Source: Octopus sinensis (taxonomy: Eukaryota). From it: DNA of 64,000 bases. A program made the translations under genes and the position numbers. The notes under the pieces were generated by a model. That model searched no databases and was not told the DNA's origin. It worked only from the letters and a program-made list of their open reading frames with translations. Of this stretch, positions 28,009 through 40,466 are shown piece by piece (the first letter of the stretch is position 1; the number at the start of each line of letters is the position of its first letter). The DNA lies in the NCBI RefSeq assembly GCF_006345805.1, contig NC_042999.1, positions 100,316,001 to 100,380,000 of the forward strand, written 5' to 3'.

Positions 28009-28670
28009 TATCACTTTTTAAAAAGATTTTTCTGGAAAAAATGAAATAACTCCAGCAATTCAGTTTGGGCAAGTGTATTGTTGTACCACAGTTTCGGTAA
28101 ACTTTCATTTTTGAAATACTGGCAGCCAAACTGATAAGATCCTCCAATATTTTGGTCAATACCAGTATATCTTAACATGCGCGCGCACGTGTGTGCGAGT
28201 GTGACACTCACTAATAGAGAAACTTCAAAGTCAGAGGCAATAAAATTATGAATAACATCTGACTCAGCACTTCTAATGAGTGCCTGTGTATGTGTATGTG
28301 TATGGTCATGTGTGTGTGTGTTGTCTGTATGTTCGTGTGTTAGTGAGCTCGTCTGCGTGCAAACGCGGATGTATACAAACGCACATGGAATAAATCCCAC
28401 ACATACGGAAATAAATTTATAAATTTGTGTGTGCATATATACATGTGTGTATGTGTGTGTTTATATATACTATGCATATATATAGATAAAAATAACACAG
28501 ATAACGCATAATATTTGAAGCAAAAACTACAAGGAATAGTGAACCAAAGTAAAGCACAAGCTTTAAAATGCATACACACGTATAAGTGAATATATGTTAG
28601 TGTGTATATGTGCCTATGGTTGTGTTGTGCGTGTGCCTGTTATTTATGTACACACACATGCATATATATG

Positions 28671-28745
<75 letters not shown>

Positions 28746-29599
28746 TTATATATATATATATGCATGTATGTATGTATGTATGTATGTATGTATGTATGTA
28801 TGTATGTATGTATGTATGTATGTATGCAATGATAACTATATATGATAATAATAATATATAAACTCCGATTAAAGCGACATTTATCTAAACAATTGACTGA
28901 AAAATGATAAGCTAACTTCAGCTTGAAATGAACCCACAAATCAAGCTGTCAAACCACCAGGTTTGTTTACAAAATATTAATATAATATAATATCATATAA
29001 TATATATATATATGTATTTATAGGCAGAGAGATGAATATGATATTGAAATTAATATCATATCTACTGATGTTGAAAGGAAAAGCAGACCATCTCTAGTTG
29101 AAAGACCATGTTAACAATTATACTACTCCCGGTTTTCATTCAAATTTTACCTTGTCTCCTTTTCCATCTGTTGCATTGGTAGTTATAATCCGTCTGCAGC
29201 CATTTTCTTCCTTATCGTTTATACACACACATACAAGTACGCGTGCGCATTTGTGTGAATGTAGAAATGTATGTATGTATGTATAAATTTCTTTTCATTT
29301 ATGCTTTAAGCTAATGCTGTGTTTGTTAAATCTTGTATCTTTTGCGTTGTTTGTTCGCAGTCTTAGCATCATTGTATTTATTTCGTATATGCGTGTATGT
29401 ATGTGTGTGTTATTTATATATGATGTGTGTAATATATATGTTATTATACGGAGTGGGCGAAAAGTCACGCACAAAATAAGTTCAATATGCTCCGGAATTG
29501 TTAAAGCCTTGTTTCATTTTTTCTAAAATTAAATAGAATAAATAAGATAGCGATAAATACACATGTACTTGTACACAGTGAAGTCAAATTTTAAAAATC

Positions 29600-29849
29600 T
29601 TTTGAATGTCTCTGACAATATCAGTATGACACGTTTCTACTAATATGTGTCTCAGTGTCTATCACCCTCACCCTCTTATGTAGCAGTCCGTGTGTAGATC
29701 GGAGTTCAACAATTTCCATAGAAACAATTTTCACCTTTGTGGTTCACAATCTCTTCATCTTATCCGTTACATCTCGATATATCTCAATTTCTTGATTCCT
29801 TTGGTATCCACTCTACTATGATACGGAATTGCAAAATCAACGATGATAC

Positions 29850-29939
<90 letters not shown>

Positions 29940-30260
29940 TGTTTTCTGTGATTACATCTGGTCACCTTGCTGCATTATTATGTTCAATTTCAATTAAGAA
30001 ACCCCTTAATATCCTGCATTATTACACTCCATGACAGCCTCTGATTTGTGTTAATACCACTTTTCAGTCTCTACGTTGGCTTACATTTTAATGCACTTTT
30101 TTACCGACACTATCATGCTTAAGTTTAAACTCTTTTTATGCTTGCTTACTGCACAGGCTCAGAATATGGTTAATACTTTCGTCCTTTTTTCCACACATTC
30201 TGCTTTTGTAATGAGACTACGTTTTTACCAATATCTGTCTTTATTAAATTTGTTCTAATC
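29600..30260 (-). mobile_element. RLE-type non-LTR (R4/Dong/NeSL-like) C-terminal relic interrupted by (TG)n
   Basis: RMCGKKDESINHILSLC zinc knuckle, KHDSVGKKVH, CIIVDFAIP. Confidence 0.7.
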
Positions 30261-30499
30261 ACTTGTTTGTGTGTGATTCTAATTAGCAATTTCATTTCTC
30301 GTTTTAGGTACCCATCTTACAGCCACGGCCAGTTTTCTTAACTACCAGCATTTCATCAATCTTTATGTTCTGATTTTAAATTTCGCCGAGGTCGACTTTG
30401 CCTTTCATCCATTTCGGGGTTGATAAAATAAGTACCAGTTGAACACTGGGGTCAATGTAATAGACATATTCCCTACTCTGAAATTTCTGATTATTATCA

Positions 30500-30675
30500 T
30501 TATTTACATTATTTACATTATTTACATCATTTACAGTTGACGGATATTTGTCTTCATCTTGTTTGTTGTTAACACAACGTTTCGGCTGATATAGCCTCCA
30601 GCCTTCATCAGGTGTCTTGGGGAAATTTTGAACCTAGGTTCTCATTCCTAAGGTATTTTTCGATGTTGTTGTTGC

Positions 30676-30711
<36 letters not shown>

Positions 30712-30712
30712 G

Positions 30713-30755
<43 letters not shown>

Positions 30756-30829
30756 TCACTGCTTGGAACCGAACTCGGAATCTTGGGATTTGTAGCCCGC
30801 GCGCTTGACCACTACGCCATTTGCCCGTG
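30500..30829 (-). mobile_element. tRNA-headed SINE-like element with internal (AAT)n and hammerhead-bearing 3' region, copy 1
   Basis: A box TGGCGTAGTGG, B box GAGTTCGGTTCC, (AAT)n, unique body, hammerhead, (TGTAAATAA)n-like end. Confidence 0.8.
30571..30616 (-). ncRNA. Minimal type I hammerhead ribozyme (family A) in the 3' part of a tRNA-headed element
   Basis: Minus strand: GACAC-CUGAUGA-A-GGCUG(GAGGCUAUAU)CAGCC-GAA-ACGU-U|GUGUU. Stem I 5 bp (one G.U), stem II 5 bp, loopless palindromic stem III ACGU; predicted cut after GUU between 30576 and 30575. Confidence 0.75.
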
Positions 30830-30872
30830 TGTCCAGTGGCTTTCTCTGCCTAACCTCTCTGTGCCATATACC

Positions 30873-30940
30873 TACGGGCATATGGTTAAGAGCGCGGGCT
30901 ACTAACCCCAAGATCTCGAGTTCGATTCCAAGCAGTGACG

Positions 30941-30982
<42 letters not shown>

Positions 30983-31180
30983 TAATAATAATAATAATAA
31001 TAATAACATCGAAAAATACCTTAGGAATGAGAACCCAGGTTCGAAATTTCCCCAAGACACCTGGTGAAGGCTGGAGGGTATTTCAGCTGAGATGTTGTGT
31101 TAACAACGAACAAGATGAGGACAAATATCCGTCAAATGTAAATAATTTACATAATTCCTCATCATTTAAATATAGAACTG
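30873..31180 (+). mobile_element. Same element, copy 2, head-to-head with copy 1
   Basis: Reverse complement of 30500-30829; A box partly deleted, B box GAGTTCGATTCC. Confidence 0.8.
31056..31101 (+). ncRNA. Family A hammerhead, core-mutated copy (predicted inactive)
   Basis: Same layout but CUGGUGA (A6G), GAG instead of GAA (A14G), AUGU instead of ACGU. Confidence 0.6.
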
Positions 31181-31236
31181 TATTATTATTATTACTATTA
31201 TTATTATTATTGTTATCATTATTATTATTATTGTTG

Positions 31237-31268
<32 letters not shown>

Positions 31269-31389
31269 GTTATTATTATTGTTGTTTTTGTTTTTGTTAT
31301 CATCATCATCATCATTATCATCATCAACATTATCATCATCACCAATATTTTTGGCAATATCGTTAGAATATTTTACTGTTTTCACTTCT

Positions 31390-33025
31390 GGCTCTTTACG
31401 TTTTCAGTTCAAATCCCGCCGAGGCTAACTTCACTTTTCATTCTTTCGGGGTCGAAAAAATATGTACCAGTGAAAGAATGGCGTCGAAGGAATCGACTAA
31501 ACTCCCACCCCACTGCTCTTGTGCTTTAATCTAAATGCATAAAACGGCGGATTCGCAGATTCGTTAGAACATCAGAAAATAAACCTTGCAATATTTCTTC
31601 CTAAGCATTTTGTACTAATTTCAAGTGCCGTCGAGGTTTGCTTTTCCTTTCATCATTTCGGGGTCGATAAAATAAGTAAATAAGTACTAGTCAAGTGCTT
31701 GACTAGATATAATCAACCTCCCACTCCCCTCAAAATTACTGATTTTGTACTAAATTTAGGAAAAATTGTCATTACTATTACTAACGCATTACATTAGATA
31801 TAGCGTATCACATATACTAGATATCTTAGTTAGAGAATGCGATATGTTAAAATCTTAAGTATTGTATTATATCACATCAAATCATATTAGATGATATGGA
31901 ATGTAAAAGCAAGTTGTATTAAAAATTATAATCTGAAAACGATTTTAATGTGTGTGTGGGTAGGGTTGGTGTTTAAATTAGATCTTTCATCTTTTGTCCT
32001 TTACTTCCTTCAGTCATTGGACTGCGGCCATGCTAAAGTACTACCTTCAAGGTTTAGTCTAGCAAATCGAACTAGTCCTTTTTGAAGCCTGATACTATTC
32101 TATTGACCTTTTTTGTCAAACCACTAAGTTGCGGTGACGTAAGTAAATTAACACCGGATGTCATGTAGTGGTGAGACAAAAGTGAACACAAAGACACACA
32201 CACATATGTACATGCATACTTATGCACACACACACACTCACATACATATCTGTATGTTTGTGTGTGTGTGTGTACTATTAAACGGGCTTCTCTCAGTTTC
32301 CGTCTACTCACAGGGCTTTGGTCGGCTCGAGACAAGAGTAGAATTTTCATATCGAAGGCCGCACAAGGAGACTGAACCTAAAAACACGAGCAGGAGATTG
32401 AAAAGCAAGTTTCTAAAGCACACATCCAGACCTACGCCTATAATATGCTATAATTGCTTGATCAGCGAACTGCTTGCCTTCAGGTAGAAATTTCAGAAAC
32501 TCTAGTCCAAAACAAATCATCTATATTTATAAGGTGTGAAGAAAACTGACGAAATTTTAAAAGAATATATCTATAGCACTACTTGAATATATCACTTGCA
32601 TTATATTTTGTTATATATCGTATGACAGTGTTTCCGAATCCCGGTTCCCCAAAGTTAAACACGAAATTACTCAAAAGAATTTTTGCTTAGTCCTTTATAT
32701 GCTTAATTCTATATTTCAAGGGTTCCGCGAGAGTAAAAAGACTGGAAACACTGGTATATTACAGTAGATAGTACTACACAACGTTATATTATGTGTTATA
32801 TCATTTTATATTATATATCATAAATATGGCGTCAAGCTGGCAGAATCGTTAGTTCGCCGAACAAAATGCTTCGTAGCATTTCGTTCGAGTTCAAATTCTG
32901 CTATGGTCGACTTTTTTCATTCTTTCGGGGTCGCTAAAATAAGTACCATTTAAACACTGGGGTCGATGTAAACGATTTAGTCCTCTCCCCGAAAAGTGCT
33001 GGCCTTGTGCGAAAATTTGAAATCA
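31390..33025. mobile_element. Mixed SINE remnants (family 1 at 31390-31765 and 32825-33025; family 2 on - at 31985-32420)
   Basis: Matches to the 57452 and 27567 copies. Confidence 0.75.
32626..32753. mobile_element. hAT-like MITE
   Basis: Perfect 10-bp TIR CAGTGTTTCC / GGAAACACTG; no clean TSD. Confidence 0.55.
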
Positions 33026-34954
33026 ATGTTATATATCATATAACATTATAACACATAATATTATGCAATATATATTTTATGCACAACACGATACTATTCA
33101 CAAGAACTGAAATAAATTTAAAAGTCTGGTTGTGAGAGAAATATCTAGAATGCAAATACATTCTTTCAATGCGGCAAAACGTGGTGGGGTCCGTCAGATC
33201 TTTTTAAGAGTCTGTTGATTGTTCTTAAGAGAAGATATCTCCGCTTTCTATCCCCAATCAATATCATACAATATTCAGTCCCTATATAAGTTAATTATAG
33301 ATTAGTCTATCACCGTAATAGACAGCTGAATTTGCATATTGTGATTTTGAAGGTTAGTCATCAGTTAAACAATGTATATTTTATGCACAGCGTGATGACT
33401 GAACAGAATTGAAAAATATTTTCATATTAGAAAGCCTGGCTGTGAGAGAAATATTTAGAATGTAAACTCATTCCTTCTATGCTTTTTATATGCGGCGAAA
33501 AGAGTGGAAAGTCTCTTGATGGATCCTTTCACGGTTTGTTGACCGCTTCTCAGAGAAAATTTACTATATTAATGTGATATATTTTATTGCATTATATATT
33601 ATATATCATCATATGCCCATGTATATTATATATCATGATATGATCATATATACGTTATATATTACCAATGATCATATATATTTTATATTATCAAACATAT
33701 TATGTAATGTTAAATCTATTACACTGTATTATTTTACATTAGATTATATTAAACAATAATTCTTCTACCGGCCGTACCCAACCACTCCCGGGCTTATTAT
33801 CTCTAATCATTCAATATATTCAATATATTTTGAATAAATTTGTTCAAGAAAATGCTGGTTGTCTTCAGTTGGTCGGGGAATATTGGTTCACTCAGAATCG
33901 CTGCATCCACACAATTTCAGAACATGGTTCAAACTGAGATTCGTAAAAATGATCCAAAGAAATGAACAAACAACTTTAGAATCAAAAATAAAAATTTTTT
34001 CTTACTTTTTTTTTAATTTCTGGTAAAACATGCTCCTTATACATAATTAGTATAAATTTATTATTTTTCTAAATATATTTTTCCTGTGACTATTGCAGTA
34101 CTCTGGGAGTTTTTTTTTTTTTTCTTGGGAAATGACAAATGCGAATTTCAGAAAAATGATGTTACCCTATTCAAAGTTTCACCATCCTAGCTGCAACATT
34201 GTGCCCTGCAACTTAAAATACACATGAATATATTCTCTTTTGTGTATTAAGATTATATCAGATTGTGTTACCTTATAATACATTACATATTATACAAAAA
34301 TGTTTTATATCATCTTATATTGTATAAGATTCCATTGTATAAGATTACATTGTTATATATATATATATATTACATACTATATCATATTGTGTTAGTTTAT
34401 ATAATATTTTATTTCAATACTTTATTATTTAACATCATAGATAATACTATACTACATTATCTATCTTTTCATGTTTTGTTATATTATCTATTATCATACG
34501 ACATTGGATTATGCAGAGGCATGATGTTTGAATAAATACAATATTGGATTACCTACTGATAGGTCATGAGTTCAAAACCGCTGCAGGTGTTTTATTGACT
34601 TTCTAAACAGAACACTTTATTCTATAGTGCTTTAGTTCACCTACTTGCGAGGAATAGGTATCAGATCTTCTAAGAATATTATTAGATATATATACACCAG
34701 TATTTTAACATGTGAGAGAATCATTAAGCTAGAAGTAATTCCCTGCAGTTTGTAGCACTTCAGTTTTAGGATGTAACATACTGTATTATATTTCATTGTA
34801 ATATAATATATCTGTTCAATTCATTGGACAATGGTATATTATATCATAACAACACATGATATAATGTTAGTTCAAAATTATTTAAAACTATATTTCACTG
34901 CATTCGGTTAGCATTAAACTATGCTATAAAATCGCATAATTTAGTGCTAACCGA

Positions 34955-36140
34955 AGCGGTGGTTTGAGAGAATGGTTAGAATGTCATTAAGATAATTGCC
35001 TTAAGGGAATTGTACCAATTCTTTACATTCTGAGTTCAAATCTCGTCTACATCGTCTTTACCTTTCAGTTCATTGAATTCAACAACATAAGGTACCAATC
35101 AATTACTGGGATCGATATGTCAATCATTCCCTTCCCCAAAATTTCAGGCGCTGTGTTGATATTAGAAACAATTATATTATTCCATCCTGATCATTGACAT
35201 ATTGTCCTGTAACATATTTAACTTTTTATATTATTTTCAATACTGCTTTTATATTTTTTGGTAATAATTACTTCGTTTAATCCAAGTCGGTGAGCTGGCA
35301 GAATCGGTAGCACGCCGAACAAAATGCCTAGCATTATATCGTCCGTCTTCACGTTCTGAGTTCAAATTCCGCCGAGCTCAACTTTGCTATTCATCATTTC
35401 GGGGTCGATAAATTAAATAATGGTTCAGCATTGAAGGTCGATATATGATCGACTTACCTCCTGCCTTGTACCAAAATTTATTATTGCTTAACTAAAATGG
35501 TGGCAAGATAGCAGTATCGTTACCACGCCGGGCAAAATGCCTAGTGGCACTTCGTCCATCTTTACGTTCTGAGTTCAAATTCCATTTTTCGGGGTCGATA
35601 AAATAAGTACCAATGAAATTCTGGGGTCGACGTGATCAACTAGTCCCCTCCCTCAAAAGTTCAGACCTTGTACCTAAAATAGAAAGGATTAATATAAAGC
35701 TAAAATGGCGGGGAGCTGGCAGAATCTTTACCACGCCGAGCAAAATGCTTAGTGGCACTTCGTCCGTCTTCACGTTCTGAGTTCAAATTCCACCGAGATC
35801 GACTTTGCCTTTTATCCTTTCGGAGGTCCATAAATTAAGTACTAGTGATACACTGGGATCGATGAAATCGACTGATCTCCTCCCCTAAAATTGCAGGCCT
35901 TGTGCCTTTAGTAGAAAGGATCGTTAGATAGATTTTAAATTTTGGCACAAGACCAGCAATTTCGATGAAGCGGGTACATCGAGTACGACTCTAGTGTACA
36001 ACTGGTACTTATTTTATCAATCCGGAAAGTATGAAAGATAAAGTCACTCTGGGTAGAATTTGAACTCAGAACGTAGACACGTACGAAATAACGCGAAGCA
36101 TTTTGCCAGGCGTGCTAACGGTTCTGCCAGTACGCTACCT
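34955..36140. mobile_element. Cluster of five family 1 SINE copies (four +, one -)
   Basis: Repeated ctggcagaatc...gagttcaaattcc...ggggtcgataaa blocks. Confidence 0.85.
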
Positions 36141-36226
36141 TGTGACAGGAAAGAATTATTATGTAGCTAAATTAAATGTCCTTATCAAGTTTTGCTGAAC
36201 CGTTAGCCTTTTCATTTCTGTCTTAA

Positions 36227-36337
<111 letters not shown>

Positions 36338-36370
36338 TATATAGATAGATAGATAGATATATATATATAT

Positions 36371-36423
<53 letters not shown>

Positions 36424-36449
36424 TAGATAGATATATATAGATAAAGTTC

Positions 36450-36525
36450 TTGTCTTAATAACTGATGAAAAATTCCTAGAAGCTTTCAGCTGAGGTATTT
36501 GAAACTCTGAGTATCATTATGACAA
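36450..36525 (+). ncRNA. Type I hammerhead ribozyme (family B), intact core
   Basis: Stem I UUGUCUUAAUAA / UCAUUAUGACAA (10 of 12 pairs), CUGAUGA 36462-36468, extra A, stem II AAAU-U-CCU...AGG-U-AUUU, GAA 36501-36503, stem III ACUC-U-GAGU, predicted cut after GUA at 36513. Confidence 0.78.
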
Positions 36526-36540
36526 TTTACTGATTGTCTT

Positions 36541-36582
<42 letters not shown>

Positions 36583-36657
36583 TATATATATATATATGAT
36601 ATATATATATATTATGTATATATATATATATATCTATATATATATATATATATATAG

Positions 36658-36689
<32 letters not shown>

Positions 36690-36847
36690 TTATATATGTA
36701 TATATATATGTATATATATATGTATATATATATATATATATAAGTAATACTAAGCAATAAAGGGTTTAGCAACGAATTGCCTTACCACATACCGAATTTA
36801 GAAATAGCAGTCAAAGAGTTATAGCTATATGTATATATATATATGTA

Positions 36848-36902
<55 letters not shown>

Positions 36903-36905
36903 TAG

Positions 36906-36945
<40 letters not shown>

Positions 36946-37197
36946 ATATATACATATATACATATATATATATATACATATATATATATACATATATATA
37001 CATATATATATATACATATATATACATATATATATATACATATATATACATATATATATATACATATATATATATATATCATATATATATTATATATATA
37101 TATATTATACATATATATATATATATAATATATACATATATATATATTATATATAATATATATATAATATATATATACTATATATATATATATGTAA

Positions 37198-37237
<40 letters not shown>

Positions 37238-37240
37238 ATA

Positions 37241-37278
<38 letters not shown>

Positions 37279-37343
37279 ATATATATATATATATATATAA
37301 TATATTATATATATATATATATATATATAAGACAATCAGTAAA

Positions 37344-37419
37344 TTGTCATAATGATACTCAGAGTTTCAAATACCTCACCTGAAAGCTTCTAGGAATTTT
37401 TCATCAGTTATTAAGACAA
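37344..37419 (-). ncRNA. Type I hammerhead ribozyme (family B), intact core, at the end of the sense pLTR of Penelope-like element 1
   Basis: Reverse complement of the 36450 copy with one difference, in the stem II loop. Confidence 0.78.
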
Positions 37420-38972
37420 GAACGCTATGAAAATAACCGTTGGAGAAAGGGTAGTTATTTTAATGGGCGTGGAAAAAGATAAAAGTAAAATACATAAAAT
37501 ATAAAATATATAAAAAATTATAAAAATACACGCAACCACTTACTCATAACTATATATGAATACACATATATATATATACATACGCGCATATGCATACACA
37601 CGCGCATATACATAAACACGCATATGTATATATATATGTACAAATGTACACACACACATACGTATATAGTCATACTCAACATCATCCTCGCATAGATATA
37701 TGCCTACATTTATATATAGACATTTATACAAATGAAAATACACAAACATAAAATGTATACATATATGTACACTCGTAGAGGTATATATTCACACTCGCCG
37801 CAAACATGAACATACATATATATGAATATGTATAGAGGTGCATATATATACATATACACCCTCCCATCTCTCAACACACCTACAGCTGCAGATATACAAG
37901 CGTATACACATATATATGTATAAAGGAAGTAGACATGTGCATGACAGTAATTCTTATGCAACAGATACAGTCTTACACTCGTATATATACATACATTCGT
38001 ACACATATATACACATGCACATACATACACATTTAGTATATGCTTATACATACAAATACTACACGCGCATATAGTCACACAATTGAAAAAAGCGGGGAAT
38101 GAAAAATATATATACAAAAAATATATAAAAAGCAATAAAAAATGTTAAGACATATGAAAGGCTTGTACATGGACATAATAACAAAAGCAGGTTCTATCTG
38201 TGATATTGGGGGCCCAAAACCGTAACAATTATTTTGTCATATATGGGCATGATCCAAAAAGTTCAATTCTTGAATTTAGACATGTAGCGGGGTCTAAAGA
38301 ATTTTTCCAGATGAGCCATCTTTCCATATCGCAAAGACCGCACTTTCCACTGCCGTTGGTGTAAGGTTTACACTTGGCCAAGATCTTCCAGTGAATCTTA
38401 TAGCTGACACCTTGTCCTTTTAAGGACCATATATAATTGGATAATTTGGTCGTTTTTTCTTTTATCCCAAACCAAGCTTTAAAATGTAACTCAGTGAGAT
38501 CACATATTTCGCTGTCGAAACTGTGTCCTTAGCGGTCGTAGAATCTACGGTGGCTTCATAAATGATGGTCTCGGTCATGCAAGCTTCATTTAGTGGGCAC
38601 AAGTCTTTACCTATGCAGGAACAGCTGGCTTCAGGCTGTTTTTGTGTGTTGTGTGCAATTATATTTTTTGATTTTTTTAAATTTTAGTTCAACCACAAAT
38701 TTTAGAACCTGCTTTTTTTATTATGTTTATGTACAAGCCTTTCATATGTCTTAACATTTTTTATTGCTTTATATATTTTTTGTATATATATTTTTCATTT
38801 TTCCCCCTTTTTTCAATTGTGTGACTATATACGCGTGTAGCATTTGTATGTATAAGCATATATTAAACGTGTATGTGTGCATGTGTATATATGTGTACGA
38901 ATGTATGTATACATACGAGTGTAAGACTATATCTGTTGCATAAAAGTGACTGTAATGCACATATCTCCCTCC

Positions 38973-39012
<40 letters not shown>

Positions 39013-39486
39013 CGCTTGTATATCTGCAGTTGTATGTGTGTTGACGGATGGGAGGGTGTATATATATATATATATATATGCACTTCTATACATATGCGTC
39101 TATATCTATATTCATGTTTGCGCTGAGGGTGAATATATACCTTTACGTGTGTACGTGTACATATACGTATATGTTTGTGTATGTATTTTCATTTGTATAA
39201 ATGTCTATATATAAATGTTGGCATATATCTAGGCGAGGATGATGTTGAGTATGAATATATACACATGTGTGTGTGTGCATCTGTACATATGCGTGTGAAT
39301 GTATATGCGCGTGTGTGTATATGTATATATATGTGTGTATTCATATATCTTTATGAGTAAGTGGTTGCATGTATTTTTATAATTTTTTATATATTTAATA
39401 TTTTATATCTTTTACTTTTATTTTTTTTCCACGACTATTAGAGTAACTTGCCTTTCTTCAACGGTTTATTTTTTGTCATAGCGTTC

Positions 39487-39562
39487 TTGTTTTAATAACT
39501 GGTGAAAAATGCCTAGAAGATTTCTGCTCCGGTATTTGAAACTCTGAGTATCATTATGACAA
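39487..39562 (+). ncRNA. Family B hammerhead, A6G mutant copy in the inverted pLTR
   Basis: CUGGUGA core, degraded stem II, intact GAAACUCUGAGUA. Confidence 0.6.
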
Positions 39563-39601
39563 CTTACTGATTGTCCTATATTATATATATATATATAAAT
39601 C

Positions 39602-39661
<60 letters not shown>

Positions 39662-40418
39662 TATAGATAGATAGATAGATAGATTCCTCTATTTACATAA
39701 TATCGAGGTCTTATTCATTCTTTTGATGTCATATTATTATTATTTATATATATATATATAATATTATATATTATATATATATATATACAATTTTAAAATA
39801 GAATAAAATCTTTATAAGAATTTATCAAGTAGTTAGCGTGCAAAACCTCATAGGAGAAAAACACATCAAATTTTCTCTTTAAAATATTTATTTATATTAT
39901 ATAGAGGGCATTACTATGCATAAACGCCACACGCTAGAAGGGACTCTTAAAGTCAAAACTATCAAAATAAATAAATGTTTATTTATTTAGGTAGTTTTGA
40001 CTTTAAGAGTCCCTTCTAACGCGTGGCATTTATGTATAATAATATCCTCTATATATAATATATATATATATATATACAAGGAATATACATATATATTTTT
40101 TCGTCAGAAACTTACCAGTGTACAGTACAGAACTCGTTCACTCCGAATATCACCCCAGGAAATACAACTGGTTCCCATTATACAGGTAAACTGTTGCATA
40201 ATCAAATACCTGTATATATAAAGAGCTATGCTGTATGGAAACATTTGTTGTGATTAAAAAATAACTGTCCAACCGTAATCCTTTTTGGTGACTCTATCTT
40301 ATTCAATTTTATATATATACATATATATATATATATAAGGGTGAAAAGGAACACACGAGTTGATATATATGAAAAAACAAGTAAAAAATAGAAAATGCTA
40401 AAATAATTTTATAGTGAA

Positions 40419-40466
40419 CATTTCAGTACCGGTTTCGGTCATTTTGAAACCTTTTTAACTGTAACG
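40419..40466 (-). ncRNA. Family C hammerhead, G5A mutant copy in the sense pLTR
   Basis: Minus strand core UUAAAAA; stem II GGUU/GACC; the rest identical to the 42121 copy. Confidence 0.55.

Larger units (their letters stand above)
37331..39576 (-). mobile_element. Penelope-like element 1: 5'-truncated, decayed GIY-YIG endonuclease fragment (38690-38229) between inverted pLTR arms (about 37331-38196 and 38703-39576)
   Basis: Minus translation CSCIGKDLCPLNEACMTETIIYEATV...TKLSNYIWSLK...IHWKIL...KCGLCDMER...LNSRIELFGSCP*; arms are reverse complements (about 85-90% by eye) and each ends in a hammerhead. Confidence 0.85.

Noticed and set aside
30755-30930. tRNA genes
   Set aside because: A and B boxes are present but there is no acceptor stem; they run into SINE bodies.
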